Virus genome (UHGV): UHGV-0312576
DNA: 64,000 nt
DNA from: a virus
Direction: 5' to 3' (one strand)
A model generated the notes under the pieces. That model was not told the DNA's origin and ran no database searches. It saw nothing but the letters and a program-made list of their open reading frames with translations. How positions within the stretch are numbered: position 1 is the stretch's first letter; each line of letters starts with the position of its first letter. Both the position numbers and the translations under genes were made by a program. This document shows positions 37,601-46,615 of the stretch, piece after piece.

Positions 37601-37964
37601 ATTTGATACGTTGTCAATGTTCTTAACTAATGACCCATTAAAAGATGCGTATAAGTTTACAAAGACCGATTGGGATATGGTTGAAGATGGTGATAAGACC
37701 ACATTGTTCTGTGTAATTGTTGATATTAAGAGAAAGAAAGATAAGAACAGCAATCAGTTTGCATATTTAGATTTGTATACACCATTTGGAATTATTGAAT
37801 CAACAATATGGTCAAGCCAGTTAAAACAGTTTAGTGATGATGTAAAGAAGGGTAATTGTCTTGCTATTCTTGGTAGAAAGCGAGAAGAACATTTCTTTGT
37901 AGAGAAGATTAAACCATATAACACTTGGCTTGAACAGATGAGAAAGAAAGGAGTGGCAGTATAA
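34647..37964 (+). CDS. dnaE: DNA polymerase III alpha subunit (DnaE-type, N-terminal PHP domain).
   Basis: N-terminal LHIHTTKGSLLDS (PHP). 1105 aa, typical of C-family replicases, including fingers/palm regions. Confidence 0.85.
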   Translation: MFTLLHIHTTKGSLLDSILTVEEAVKFASENGMKAMALTDHGSMASFVDFVKECNKYNIKSIIGNEIYEVDDMWEKADTKEYTQPRYHLILLARTQEGYKNLIKITSVSRTEGLYKKPRIDIKYIKENGLGRGIICLTACQAGRLSRYLTNGKYDEAEQFVSRLQNTFDYVVCELQSHNTEDQANANKLIYEFSQKHNLPYTITTDAHMLSDSLKDSHAMFVEIGEGREVGESYTDCYLQTEDEIYEKLSDQFSEEVIKKGIEESINIADIVENVDIGLNKGNIMPKINIENGYDSHEDYLRYLVFKTFDEKFGHMSKEDQEIRRQRLETELPVLYVVDYTDYFIMLYMLAKEARKRHIPLGYSRGSGANCLCLFMLNVTQIDSVRWDLDFSRFANLGRKSMADFDWDISKRRRKEMVEISEELFGKENVAPIATFNTLSTKVAIRDIGKVLDEKEDSPYYKQIPYKLRDEVAKMIPTIKTLNDLGEEEEKDVLLKDILNKNEKLKEVHDKFPLWFKYVMDVEGLPKSMGRHAAGTLITPTPVTDYCPLCYDSEKNIMIELEMHNAMDDLGLVKMDYLGLETLDIIDDTLKMAGITWEDVDINHLDLNDKAVFDTVYKNGNTVGIFQMESAEARRMCIEAKADNVEDIIVVNAANRPGTKESFPTYCQNKLHPESVEVLHDDLRELFGKTHFILLYQEQALQLFRHAGFPEDQVDNARRAMGKKIKAVMEGLETDFRKGLTEKGWNNEQLIEIWQLMLKQSEYCFNRGHAVAYGLLSYLTAYLKTHYTIYFMASLLTSKSDKVQKISIVINDCKRLGIKVSQPNVNKSDMKFTALPEKNEILFGLLAVKGLGESIVYKIIENRPYQSMNDFVERVADKTAIITLIKAGAIPTKDKMLLLKKYANSLFEKKDYKPVTTVPSPYSKLIPFGLDVEDYRDGKKVDKDRLLADYNKAKEKIYIEEQSQKYKKHMMEFKEKYAKDEYMWEFDTLSMFLTNDPLKDAYKFTKTDWDMVEDGDKTTLFCVIVDIKRKKDKNSNQFAYLDLYTPFGIIESTIWSSQLKQFSDDVKKGNCLAILGRKREEHFFVEKIKPYNTWLEQMRKKGVAV

Positions 37965-37966
37965 GT

Positions 37967-40237
37967 TTGTTTGATAATGAAGAAGAAATTTTAAAGTTCA
38001 AAGCAACCATAACTTACTGTAGATACTACAATGAAGACTCAACGTGGGGAGTTTACGGATTTGCCACTGAAGATGAAATACCGCATTTTACAACAGAAAC
38101 AAAGATAGACTTGCCTTTTGAAGATAAAAAGGCAGGCAATCCTAACAGAAAATTAAGTTCATTAGCAGGAAAGATGCAAGAGTTGGTTGTCGGTGGAGAA
38201 TATATGATTAAGGCAACATATAAATGTGACAAGACTTATGGACACCAATACAATCCAATCTCTGTGTATGCATTGATTCCACAAACAAGAGAGTCACAGT
38301 TGATGTTCTTACAGTCAATTATCTCGCCTTGGTTGGCAGAAAACTTAATTAATGCATACCCAAATGTAGTAAATGATGTGGCAAATGGGACTTTAAAAGA
38401 GATTGATTATGACTTAGTTAAGGGCGTAAGAGAATTTACATGGAATAAGATAAAAGAAAAAATCATTAATAACTATCTTATTTCAGACATTATTACAATG
38501 CTTAAACCGTTAGGTGTCACATATACAATGATAAAAAAGTTACTGTTCGATGAACCAAATCCTGTACTGTTAAAGCAACAGCTAGAGGATAACCCATATC
38601 TACTTACAAAAATTAATGGGTTAGGTTTTAAAAAAGTAGACAATCTTGCATTAAAGCTAAAGCCGGAGTTTATTAATTCTACTGAAAGACTTGTGGCATT
38701 TATAAAGTATTATTTTACAGATTTGGGAGATAGCAAAGGTCATACATGGTGTTCTGTAAAAATATTGAAATCAGCAATTAGTAATAATGTTCCTGAATGT
38801 GTTGATAAAGTAGATTGGTTATTAGAGAACAATGAGTTTTTACATATTGAAGACGATAAAGTAGGCTTGAAATATTACTATGACATTGAAATGCAGATAT
38901 ATAATTTGCTGCTTGAAAAGTCTAAGAAACAGACAGATATCAATATTTCAGATGAAAAAATTGAGCAAGCAATCAAACATGCAGAAGAAGAACAAGGATT
39001 TGAGTATGTCATTGAGCAATTAGATACGATAAAAAAGAGTTTACATAGAACAATTAGTTTGATAACTGGGAAAGCTGGAACAGGCAAGACATCAATTATG
39101 AGGGCAATTGTTAAGGCTTATACGGAGAATCAATTTACATTAACTGCGTCAGCTCTGTCGGCAATGGCTGCGCAAAGAATAACGGAAGCGACATCATTTC
39201 CTGCAATGACAATTCATAGAACATTAGGATGTATGGGGTTGAATGAGTTTAGCTTTAATAAAGACAACCATATGATTACAAGCGTAGCTTTTCTTGATGA
39301 AGGAAGTATGGTAAATGCAAGTTTATTTTTACATTGGTTAGAAGCTATTGATGACAACACAAGAATTATTATATCTGGTGATCATAAACAGTTGCCGCCT
39401 ATCGGATTTGGCAATGTATTTTCAGATTTGATTGAAATGTTTGATGATTCAGTGGTTAGCAAGTTAGTAAAACCTATGAGACAAGCTGAGAAATCGGGAA
39501 TATTGGTAGATGCAAACTTGATTAGAGAGAACATAAATCCTATTACGGAAAAGTTGCAACCAAGAATTATTCATGGCGAACTACAAGATATGTATTATAT
39601 GTTCCGTAATAATAGACAGTCATTATTTGATATTGCAGTAAAAACATTCTTAAAGTCTGTTGATTCAGATGGTATCGACAATGTAGTTATTGCAGTTCCA
39701 AGAAGAAAAGATTGTCTGAATAGTACAAACGAGTTAAATAAGGTTATTCAAGAAAAGCTGTTGGGCGATGTATTGCAGAGTATTTCAGGTTTTGAGAATG
39801 AATTCAAACTTGGTGCTAAAGTAATGCAGACTGTAAATGATTATGATAAAAACGTGTTCAATGGAGAAATAGGATATATAACAGAAATTAGTGAGCGTTA
39901 TGAGGGTAAAAAGAAAGAAGAATATTGTGTAGTAACTTATACAGATATTTTTGGTAAAGATAAATTGATTGAGTATACGAAGAAGGAACTTGCTGCTCTG
40001 GATCTTGCTTATGCAATGACAGTACACAAGTTACAGGGAGCCGGTAGAAAGATTGTTATTGGCATTATTGATAACACACACCATCAACTTTTAGACAACT
40101 GTATGTTATACACATTACTGACAAGAGCAAAGAAGAGATGTTTATTGTTGGCAGAACCACAAGCATTTTTACAGTGTATTCGTACAAGTCACAATAAACG
40201 GAACACATGGATGATGTTAGAAGAAAAAGAAGCATAA
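37967..40237 (+). CDS. RecD2-like SF1 helicase.
   Basis: Walker A ITGKAGTGKTS. Helicase motifs (QLPPIG, YAMTVHKLQG). N-terminal helix-hairpin-helix region. Confidence 0.7.
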   Translation: MFDNEEEILKFKATITYCRYYNEDSTWGVYGFATEDEIPHFTTETKIDLPFEDKKAGNPNRKLSSLAGKMQELVVGGEYMIKATYKCDKTYGHQYNPISVYALIPQTRESQLMFLQSIISPWLAENLINAYPNVVNDVANGTLKEIDYDLVKGVREFTWNKIKEKIINNYLISDIITMLKPLGVTYTMIKKLLFDEPNPVLLKQQLEDNPYLLTKINGLGFKKVDNLALKLKPEFINSTERLVAFIKYYFTDLGDSKGHTWCSVKILKSAISNNVPECVDKVDWLLENNEFLHIEDDKVGLKYYYDIEMQIYNLLLEKSKKQTDINISDEKIEQAIKHAEEEQGFEYVIEQLDTIKKSLHRTISLITGKAGTGKTSIMRAIVKAYTENQFTLTASALSAMAAQRITEATSFPAMTIHRTLGCMGLNEFSFNKDNHMITSVAFLDEGSMVNASLFLHWLEAIDDNTRIIISGDHKQLPPIGFGNVFSDLIEMFDDSVVSKLVKPMRQAEKSGILVDANLIRENINPITEKLQPRIIHGELQDMYYMFRNNRQSLFDIAVKTFLKSVDSDGIDNVVIAVPRRKDCLNSTNELNKVIQEKLLGDVLQSISGFENEFKLGAKVMQTVNDYDKNVFNGEIGYITEISERYEGKKKEEYCVVTYTDIFGKDKLIEYTKKELAALDLAYAMTVHKLQGAGRKIVIGIIDNTHHQLLDNCMLYTLLTRAKKRCLLLAEPQAFLQCIRTSHNKRNTWMMLEEKEA

Positions 40238-40242
40238 AAATT

Positions 40243-40288
40243 GTCTATATATAGCGGCTTGTAAAATAAAAAACTACTATATATAGAC
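40243..40288. promoter_or_regulatory. Second pair of inverted GTCTATATATAG / CTATATATAGAC boxes (spacer about 22 bp), upstream of the MTase gene.
   Basis: Read directly. Same core as 26131-26178. Confidence 0.4.
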
Positions 40289-40412
40289 TGAATGAGGCAA
40301 TGAAATAGGACTTTCTTCGGAGTACTGTCATAAAAATTATAGGAGGTATTAAGATATAGATACGATATTAAATACAAGTAGTGGAGCAATAATAAAAGGT
40401 GACAATTTAGAA

Positions 40413-41516
40413 GTGTTAGATACGATTGAAAAAAGTTCAGTCGATAGTTGTATTTCTGATTTCCCATACGATTTGTCATTTATGGGGAAGAAGTGGGATA
40501 ACACAGGTGATTTTTATGAATGGAATAAAAAAAGAGCAGAAAAATTAATAGAAGCGCTTAAACCTGGTGGTTATGCGGCGATCTTTGGACATCCTAAAAC
40601 AAATCATAGGATGAAGTGTGCTTTCGAGGACTCTGGATTTAGAATAGTTGAAGAAATTGATTGGATTTATCTAACAGGTATGCCAAAGAGTCAAGATATT
40701 GGAAAACTGTTTACTAAATCTGAAAAAAACGATTTAGCAAAAAAGTGGAGTGGTTGGAGAACATCAGGCTTAAAACCAGCGCATGAACCAATAACAATTT
40801 TTCAGAAACCGTTAGATGGTGCATATGTTCAGAACATCGAAAAATATAATTGTGGTGCTATGTATATAGATGGTTGTAGAGTTCCCATATCAAAATCAGA
40901 CATAGATATGCTCAATGCAAAAGCATCTAAAAATCCAACACATAATTATTCTGATAAAGACGATAAGATTTACGGTTCGTATGCCGAAGACAAAGCAATG
41001 CCTCCAAATGAATTAGGCCGTTTTCCTGGCAACATCATTTTAGACGAATTTACTGCAATAATATTGGATGAACAGACTGGTATTACAAAATCTAGTGGTG
41101 GCTTTAGAGTAAAGAGTAGAGGGGGAGCTGGAAAGAATATTTATGGAAAATATGCAAATGAAGATTTATTCGCCAATGCTGGTGGTTTGGGAGACGTAGG
41201 TGGAGGCAGTAAAAATTTCATAGTCATAAAATATCAAACAAAGGTTTCACCTTCAGAACGGAAGCTGCCTAATGGAGAACGTAATCCTCATGTAACATTA
41301 AAACCTGTAGAATTGATTAAGTGGTTGATTAAGTTACTGACACCACCAAACGGTACAACTATTGACATCACTGCTGGAAGCTGTACACATGCAGTAGCAT
41401 GTGAAGAACTAAATAAAAATGAGGGATATGGTTTGAAATACATAGACGTAGAGTTATTGGATACTGAAAAAGAACCCTATTGTACTGTGGGAGAAATGAG
41501 AGTAAGGGCGGTCTGA
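40413..41516 (+). CDS. Beta-class N6-adenine/N4-cytosine DNA methyltransferase (ParB-less PF01555-type).
   Basis: Motif IV SDFPYD (DPPY-like) near the N-terminus. Motif I DITAGSCTH (FxGSG-like) near the C-terminus. The in-frame coding sequence continues upstream to 40353 (ILNTSSGAIIKGDNLEVL), but no ATG/GTG/TTG occurs before 40413. Confidence 0.75.
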   Translation: MLDTIEKSSVDSCISDFPYDLSFMGKKWDNTGDFYEWNKKRAEKLIEALKPGGYAAIFGHPKTNHRMKCAFEDSGFRIVEEIDWIYLTGMPKSQDIGKLFTKSEKNDLAKKWSGWRTSGLKPAHEPITIFQKPLDGAYVQNIEKYNCGAMYIDGCRVPISKSDIDMLNAKASKNPTHNYSDKDDKIYGSYAEDKAMPPNELGRFPGNIILDEFTAIILDEQTGITKSSGGFRVKSRGGAGKNIYGKYANEDLFANAGGLGDVGGGSKNFIVIKYQTKVSPSERKLPNGERNPHVTLKPVELIKWLIKLLTPPNGTTIDITAGSCTHAVACEELNKNEGYGLKYIDVELLDTEKEPYCTVGEMRVRAV

Positions 41517-41575
41517 TACGTAATGAAACGTATGTTTCTTCCGAGATTGTGAGGTGATGAATTATAGAAAATTTT

Positions 41576-41944
41576 ATGTATAGTATTTTAAAAAATATAA
41601 AGGATTTGAACACTATAGCAATTTTTTATCCAAAAGAATTCCGTAATCATCCTATACTTCAAGAAAATATGAAGAATCTCAACTCTAATCTAAATACATG
41701 GATAAATGCTAAAGAAACGTATGAAAGAGAAAAAAGATTTATGGATTCATTACATTTCGATTCTGAGATAAATAAACAAAGAGAAATAATTAAGAACACG
41801 GAGATAGACTTGAAAAAAGCTGATGAGAAACTCAACAAAGAAATATCTCCGTATAAATGGAGAGTCATAGAGAGATTCGTAACGTGTATTGAGGGGCAAG
41901 ATATAAGAGCAGATTATGCATTGTTTTTAGAGGATAAGCGATGA
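41576..41944 (+). CDS. Hypothetical protein (122 aa).
   Basis: ORF. Confidence 0.4.
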   Translation: MYSILKNIKDLNTIAIFYPKEFRNHPILQENMKNLNSNLNTWINAKETYEREKRFMDSLHFDSEINKQREIIKNTEIDLKKADEKLNKEISPYKWRVIERFVTCIEGQDIRADYALFLEDKR

Positions 41945-42159
41945 AGATTAAATTCAAAAATGGCTCCTCAATAGAAAGTATTGGTGACGAATCAGATGTA
42001 AAGCGTTCTCAAAGAGTAGAGGAACAAATTGCCAGAATGTTAAAGCGAATCCAATATTGGCAGTATAATCCAGATAAATATATAGAATTTATTACTGGTG
42101 TAAAGTTGTCCTGGTATCAAAAAGCGTGGGTGAAATTATGGAGGAAAAATAAGAAATGA
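41941..42159 (+). CDS. Hypothetical protein (72 aa).
   Basis: ATGA overlap with the upstream ORF. Confidence 0.4.
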   Translation: MKIKFKNGSSIESIGDESDVKRSQRVEEQIARMLKRIQYWQYNPDKYIEFITGVKLSWYQKAWVKLWRKNKK

Positions 42160-42497
42160 ATTTACTAATTAAAGACAGAGCAAGCGGAAAGACAACAGGA
42201 TTAATCTACACGAGTGAAGCAACACAATATCCTATTGTTACATTCAACAGAATGTCGATTAACTACATAAAAGAAAAGGCAAAAGATATGGGGTGTTTAA
42301 TCCCGGAGCCGTTATGCATTGCCGATCTTAAAAGTAATTCGGCAATGGGGAGAATACTTCCTGATAATGTATTATTAGACGAAGCGGGTGGGATTATTGG
42401 GGATGCATTAAAAGCATATCTTAGAACAAATATTGTTGCCGCAACTATGACAGATTCATTAAGAGAACATTATGACAGGATGAAGAAAGCGGAGTAA
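42156..42497 (+). CDS. Small P-loop NTPase-like protein (113 aa).
   Basis: DRASGKTTGL Walker A-like. ATGA overlap with the upstream ORF. Confidence 0.4.
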   Translation: MNLLIKDRASGKTTGLIYTSEATQYPIVTFNRMSINYIKEKAKDMGCLIPEPLCIADLKSNSAMGRILPDNVLLDEAGGIIGDALKAYLRTNIVAATMTDSLREHYDRMKKAE

Positions 42498-42523
42498 AGG
42501 GCAGTTTCAAGAGAGGATTAATA

Positions 42524-42718
42524 ATGGAAGAAACAGATAAATTGATATTAAAGTTTAGCTATACAGATATGTATAATAATGAAACCAACTTATATAAAAC
42601 TATTAGCTCTTGTGCAGTAGATGATAGTTCAGAATATGACATTTTGGTTAGTGAATTTAGAAATTTTCTAGTGTCGTGCGGTTTTACTGAAGAGGTTGTT
42701 AAAAGTAGAATAATGTAA
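42524..42718 (+). CDS. Hypothetical protein (64 aa).
   Basis: RBS AGAGAGGATTAATA then ATG. Confidence 0.35.
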   Translation: MEETDKLILKFSYTDMYNNETNLYKTISSCAVDDSSEYDILVSEFRNFLVSCGFTEEVVKSRIM

Positions 42719-43086
42719 TTAAAGGAGTAAACCTTTCTTTCATCCCAGAAAAAACATATTGAGGTATAAATGGCAAAGATATTTTATAAGAAAAAGTTGT
42801 ATGGTTTTGAAAAAGATTGCGAAGATGAGTTCGGCAAATATCGCTGGTATTTTAGAATTTATAGATGTTTTTCCATTGAGGGTATTAGTTACTCAGCCGA
42901 GACATCGGATATGTTCACCAACCAGAAAAACTAAAAGATTGTATGAATACGGTATTAGAGCATCTTGAAAAAGATAACCCACGATATTACAGACTAAAAG
43001 AAAATGTTATAAGCAAGGGGCTACATAATAAGTTGTGGTAATCACAATGAAAGAGTAGCTTTATCTGCTCAGGGAGGAATAATGCA

Positions 43087-43398
43087 GTGAAAAAATTCAA
43101 ATGTACAGTAACCAGAGAGACAACCATGGAAATTGAAATAGATGACTCTGTTTGGACTCCTGATGCTATACGGGCATGGAGTAAATCATTCTATGATGCA
43201 GATGATTTAAAGGGTGTGGTGGAACATGTGGCTAGGCTGAAATCAAAGTATGAAGATGGAGAGTTCATTGAAGGATTCGGCATTCCGATGATAGATGGAA
43301 AGAAACCATATCCATACATAGAAGATAATCAGATGGCAAAAGATATAAATATCTGTAATCAATCTGTTTACTCAGATATTGATGTAGAGGAACTATGA
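43087..43398 (+). CDS. Hypothetical protein (103 aa).
   Basis: RBS CAGGGAGGAATA then ATG. Confidence 0.4.
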   Translation: MKKFKCTVTRETTMEIEIDDSVWTPDAIRAWSKSFYDADDLKGVVEHVARLKSKYEDGEFIEGFGIPMIDGKKPYPYIEDNQMAKDINICNQSVYSDIDVEEL

Positions 43399-43500
43399 GA
43401 AATATAGTATATGACTTTTTTATGGGGCTGATTTGTGTTTTGCTTGTATTAACTATGATAGGCATTTTAGTTCTGCCTGATGTTCTTGGAATATGGTCAC

Positions 43501-44169
43501 ATGGCAGGAAATGAAGTAGCTACGTGGCTGGATAAAGGAGTGTGTAATTTGAGAAAAGATATTTTGGGTAGAGAGCTGCACGATGGAGATGTTTGTGTTG
43601 GTAAAGGCACAGGAAGATATGTTGTAGGTATGGATGTTGGAGTATGGAGCGGTAAATCTATTGCTTTTAGAGGTGGCGGAAAACGTTCTATGGGAGATGT
43701 TTTTTTAGTTGTAAATCCATCTAAAGAAGAACTAGAAATAAAAGAAGAGATAGAAAAATCATTATCCGAAAGTGAAGCAAAGCGTAAAGAAAAAGAATCC
43801 ATATCTACTATACCCCTGAGTAACTTACAGGTAGGTGGAGTATATAAGTGCAATAATGGGCAAACCTATATCTATTTAGGAAAACGAAAAGTAATATTGG
43901 ATGATTGTTATAGATCTCATGACGATATTGCAGAAGGGCATTGCTTTGTCTACGTTAATGAAAAATGGTCAGATGATGAAATAAAAGAGAATATATTGTA
44001 TGTAAATACATATCGTGGAACGCATAATATTGATGTTTTAAAAGGGAATAAGAAATTGACAGAACTAATACGCGGTGTAGATTTAACATTCCCTATGATA
44101 AATGAAGTTAAGCGAGAGGGATATAATCGCTATTGCGGTGAGAATCATTATAAATTAACTGTTGAATAA
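43501..44169 (+). CDS. Hypothetical protein (222 aa; the track begins at 43480).
   Basis: ORF. A 30-aa hydrophobic micro-ORF (43422-43514) overlaps its start. Confidence 0.4.
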   Translation: MAGNEVATWLDKGVCNLRKDILGRELHDGDVCVGKGTGRYVVGMDVGVWSGKSIAFRGGGKRSMGDVFLVVNPSKEELEIKEEIEKSLSESEAKRKEKESISTIPLSNLQVGGVYKCNNGQTYIYLGKRKVILDDCYRSHDDIAEGHCFVYVNEKWSDDEIKENILYVNTYRGTHNIDVLKGNKKLTELIRGVDLTFPMINEVKREGYNRYCGENHYKLTVE

Positions 44170-44216
44170 GCGGAAGAAACAGTGGTTTTAAGTCATCAGA
44201 AAGGAAATAGAGAATA

Positions 44217-44516
44217 ATGAATAAAATATTAAAGAAGTATAGAAGTATTGTAGTTATTGGAACCGCGTTAGTATTCAATTTAGTTAGTAGCTTATTAGTG
44301 TATCATCCTGATGGGAAGCTGTTCAATATTCATCCAATGACAATAACTGAATGGGTATGTGATATTATTGCGATTATTGGCTGTTTTACTGGATTTGTAA
44401 TGATGTTGTTTGACGCAAATAGGGATACAAAGGATAAAATCAAAGAAGCTTTTTTAGAAGCTAACGAAGAACTGAAAAAGGACAAAGATAGGGCATTTGA
44501 AGCAACAAGAGACTAA
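44217..44516 (+). CDS. Small membrane protein (99 aa, 2 TM).
   Basis: Hydrophobic stretches IVVIGTALVFNLVSSLLVY and IIAIIGCFTGFVMMLF. Confidence 0.45.
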   Translation: MNKILKKYRSIVVIGTALVFNLVSSLLVYHPDGKLFNIHPMTITEWVCDIIAIIGCFTGFVMMLFDANRDTKDKIKEAFLEANEELKKDKDRAFEATRD

Positions 44517-44563
44517 ACGAGTATTTCTTCGTCTATAACAAAACAGAGTGGCATTATATTATT

Positions 44564-44761
44564 TTATATCTTAAATTTCATAGGTTCATTTTCAAAGACA
44601 GGTCTGATAATAATCTGATTTTCGTAGACTTCAGCTGCGAGTAATCTTCCAGGGAAAAAGGTTGTTTCATAAAGATAAGTTCCTTCGAGTTTGATAGATG
44701 GAATGGTTTCATTGGATTGCATTTTGAATAGATTTATTACTTTTGGATCTCGATTAGTCAT
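44564..44761 (-). CDS. Small minus-strand hypothetical protein (65 aa).
   Basis: RBS AGAAAGGACC before the ATG on the minus strand. Isolated antisense gene within a + strand block. Confidence 0.4.
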   Translation of the reverse strand: MTNRDPKVINLFKMQSNETIPSIKLEGTYLYETTFFPGRLLAAEVYENQIIIRPVFENEPMKFKI

Positions 44762-44844
44762 AATGGGTCCTTTCTGCCACTCTAGGACCTATTTTACCAT
44801 AGAGTGTTGGAAATGGCTATGTTCGCTAAATTGAGTAGGAGGTA

Positions 44845-45069
44845 GTGCTAATGCATTATGATGATGAATGGGAAAAGTATTATGGGAAATATGATAAAAC
44901 TCAGGAAGCAAATGCTGCTAGAGAGAAGATGATATTGGAATTATCTGTGGAGGAGAAAATCAATATTATGTTTGATGATTTTCTGCGGTCAAAAGAGAAT
45001 TACCAGGTAATAGGATTAGCCAAGAGATATTGCGAGAAAGAGGAGGGTGTAATTGAAGGAAGTAATTGA
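44845..45069 (+). CDS. Hypothetical protein (74 aa).
   Basis: RBS GTAGGAGGTAGTGCTA then ATG. Confidence 0.4.
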   Translation: MLMHYDDEWEKYYGKYDKTQEANAAREKMILELSVEEKINIMFDDFLRSKENYQVIGLAKRYCEKEEGVIEGSN

Positions 45070-46336
45070 TATTTTTAAACAAATTCAAGACACAAGCAGT
45101 CTGAATGATAAAAAGAAGATAATCGGTTCCAATAAAGACAACAAACTATTTAAGAAGTATCTGGTGTTTTTATTAGATAATAACATCGTGACAGGCATAA
45201 GCGATAAAAAAATTAGTAAACCAGATGCTAATACATGCCAGCAATGTAAAACTGTAAATTTAAATACCTTTGAGGATGTTATGGATTATCTGAAGGAACA
45301 TAATTCTGGACGAGATGAGGATGTCGCCAACGTTAAAGGATTTATCTATGACCATTACATAGAAAATGATTATGAGTTTATGTTTTATGTCCAGATGGTC
45401 ACTAAAAAGTTTAGACTTGGCTGTGATGCAAAAGTGATTAATAAGGTTATTCCGGGCCTGATTCCAACCTTTGATGTTATGCTTGGAACTCCAATTGATA
45501 AAGCAAAGGTGCCGGAGAATACGTGGTTCTCCTTAAGCCAGAAATTAAATGGAAACAGATGTATTTATTATGATGGGAAATTTTATACGCGTCAAGGTAA
45601 GGAGTATTATGGGCTTGATCATATAAAGCATGACATTGAAAAAATTGTGAATGCAAGAGATTATGTTTTTGACGGGGAACTTACATATAAAAATCTGGAG
45701 GGGTTAACTGATTCTGAAGCATTCCAAAAGGGAACAGGAATCGCCCAGAGTAAAACAGAATCAAAAGAAGAATTAAAATTGGTTTTATTTGATGTGTTAC
45801 CAAGGTATGAGTTTGATATTGGAAAATCAAAAGATACATATAGAAATCGGAAACAAAAACTTCTTGCGCTAAAAGCGTTCATTACTGGCAATCTTGAAAT
45901 CGTAACTATGTTCTATGAAGGAATTGATCAATCCCAAATCTGGAAATGGCTAGACTATGCAGAGACACATGATATGGAAGGGTTAATGCTGTCATTAGAT
46001 GCACCATATGAGTGCAAGCGTACTAAAACTTTATTAAAAGTTAAGAAGTTCTATTCTTGTGATATTCGGTGTATCGGAGTTGAAGAAGGGAGCGGACGCA
46101 ATAAAGGAACATTAGGAGCATTAATTTGCGATTATAAAGGAAATCGAGTAAATGTCGGATCAGGATTCTCCGATGCAGATAGGAAACATCTTTGGTTGAA
46201 TCCAAACAATGTTGTTGGGCATATTATTTCGGTTAAGTATAAAGAGGAAACTAAGAATAAGGATGGAGGAATATCTATTCAATTCCCTGTTTTCGAATGC
46301 GTAAGATTCGACAAGGATGAGCCAAGTTATAATTAG
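45053..46336 (+). CDS. ATP-dependent DNA ligase (phage-type).
   Basis: Motif I-like KLNGNR (KxDGxR with N in place of D). Motif IV EGLMLSL. Motif V LLKVKK. Confidence 0.55.
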   Translation: MKEVIDIFKQIQDTSSLNDKKKIIGSNKDNKLFKKYLVFLLDNNIVTGISDKKISKPDANTCQQCKTVNLNTFEDVMDYLKEHNSGRDEDVANVKGFIYDHYIENDYEFMFYVQMVTKKFRLGCDAKVINKVIPGLIPTFDVMLGTPIDKAKVPENTWFSLSQKLNGNRCIYYDGKFYTRQGKEYYGLDHIKHDIEKIVNARDYVFDGELTYKNLEGLTDSEAFQKGTGIAQSKTESKEELKLVLFDVLPRYEFDIGKSKDTYRNRKQKLLALKAFITGNLEIVTMFYEGIDQSQIWKWLDYAETHDMEGLMLSLDAPYECKRTKTLLKVKKFYSCDIRCIGVEEGSGRNKGTLGALICDYKGNRVNVGSGFSDADRKHLWLNPNNVVGHIISVKYKEETKNKDGGISIQFPVFECVRFDKDEPSYN

Positions 46337-46348
46337 GAGGAATAACCA

Positions 46349-46615
46349 TTGAACAGAATAAAAATTAAATTAGAGTCGCCTGAGCAAGTAACGGGCTTTA
46401 TTAATCTTTGCTCAAAATACAATAACGACATCAATCTATATGACGGTAGCATGGTTATAGATGCAAAATCTGTCATAGGGGTATTTGGAATCCAGATGGG
46501 TAAAGAAATTGAGGTTGAGATGCTTGGAGCGCACAAGAATGAGATTATAAATTTTATGGAAGAAATCAGAGGATATGAGGTACATAATGAAAACTATATT
46601 CAATACAATTCTTGA
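46349..46615 (+). CDS. HPr-family phosphocarrier-like protein of Crh type (88 aa): catalytic His15 absent, regulatory Ser46 context (DAKSVIGV) retained.
   Basis: Collinear with Bacillus HPr/Crh over all 88 aa (CSKYNNDINLY vs ASKYDADVNLEY; DAKSVIGVFGIQMGKEIEV vs NLKSIMGVMSLGIAKGAEI). TTG start with an AGGAGGA RBS. Confidence 0.6.
   Translation: MNRIKIKLESPEQVTGFINLCSKYNNDINLYDGSMVIDAKSVIGVFGIQMGKEIEVEMLGAHKNEIINFMEEIRGYEVHNENYIQYNS

Noticed and set aside
34647-37964. Intein or intron inside the Pol III alpha or NrdD genes.
   Set aside because: Both proteins have normal lengths (1105 and 747 aa) and motifs are collinear without inserted segments. No splicing-domain motifs or interrupting non-coding stretches were seen.
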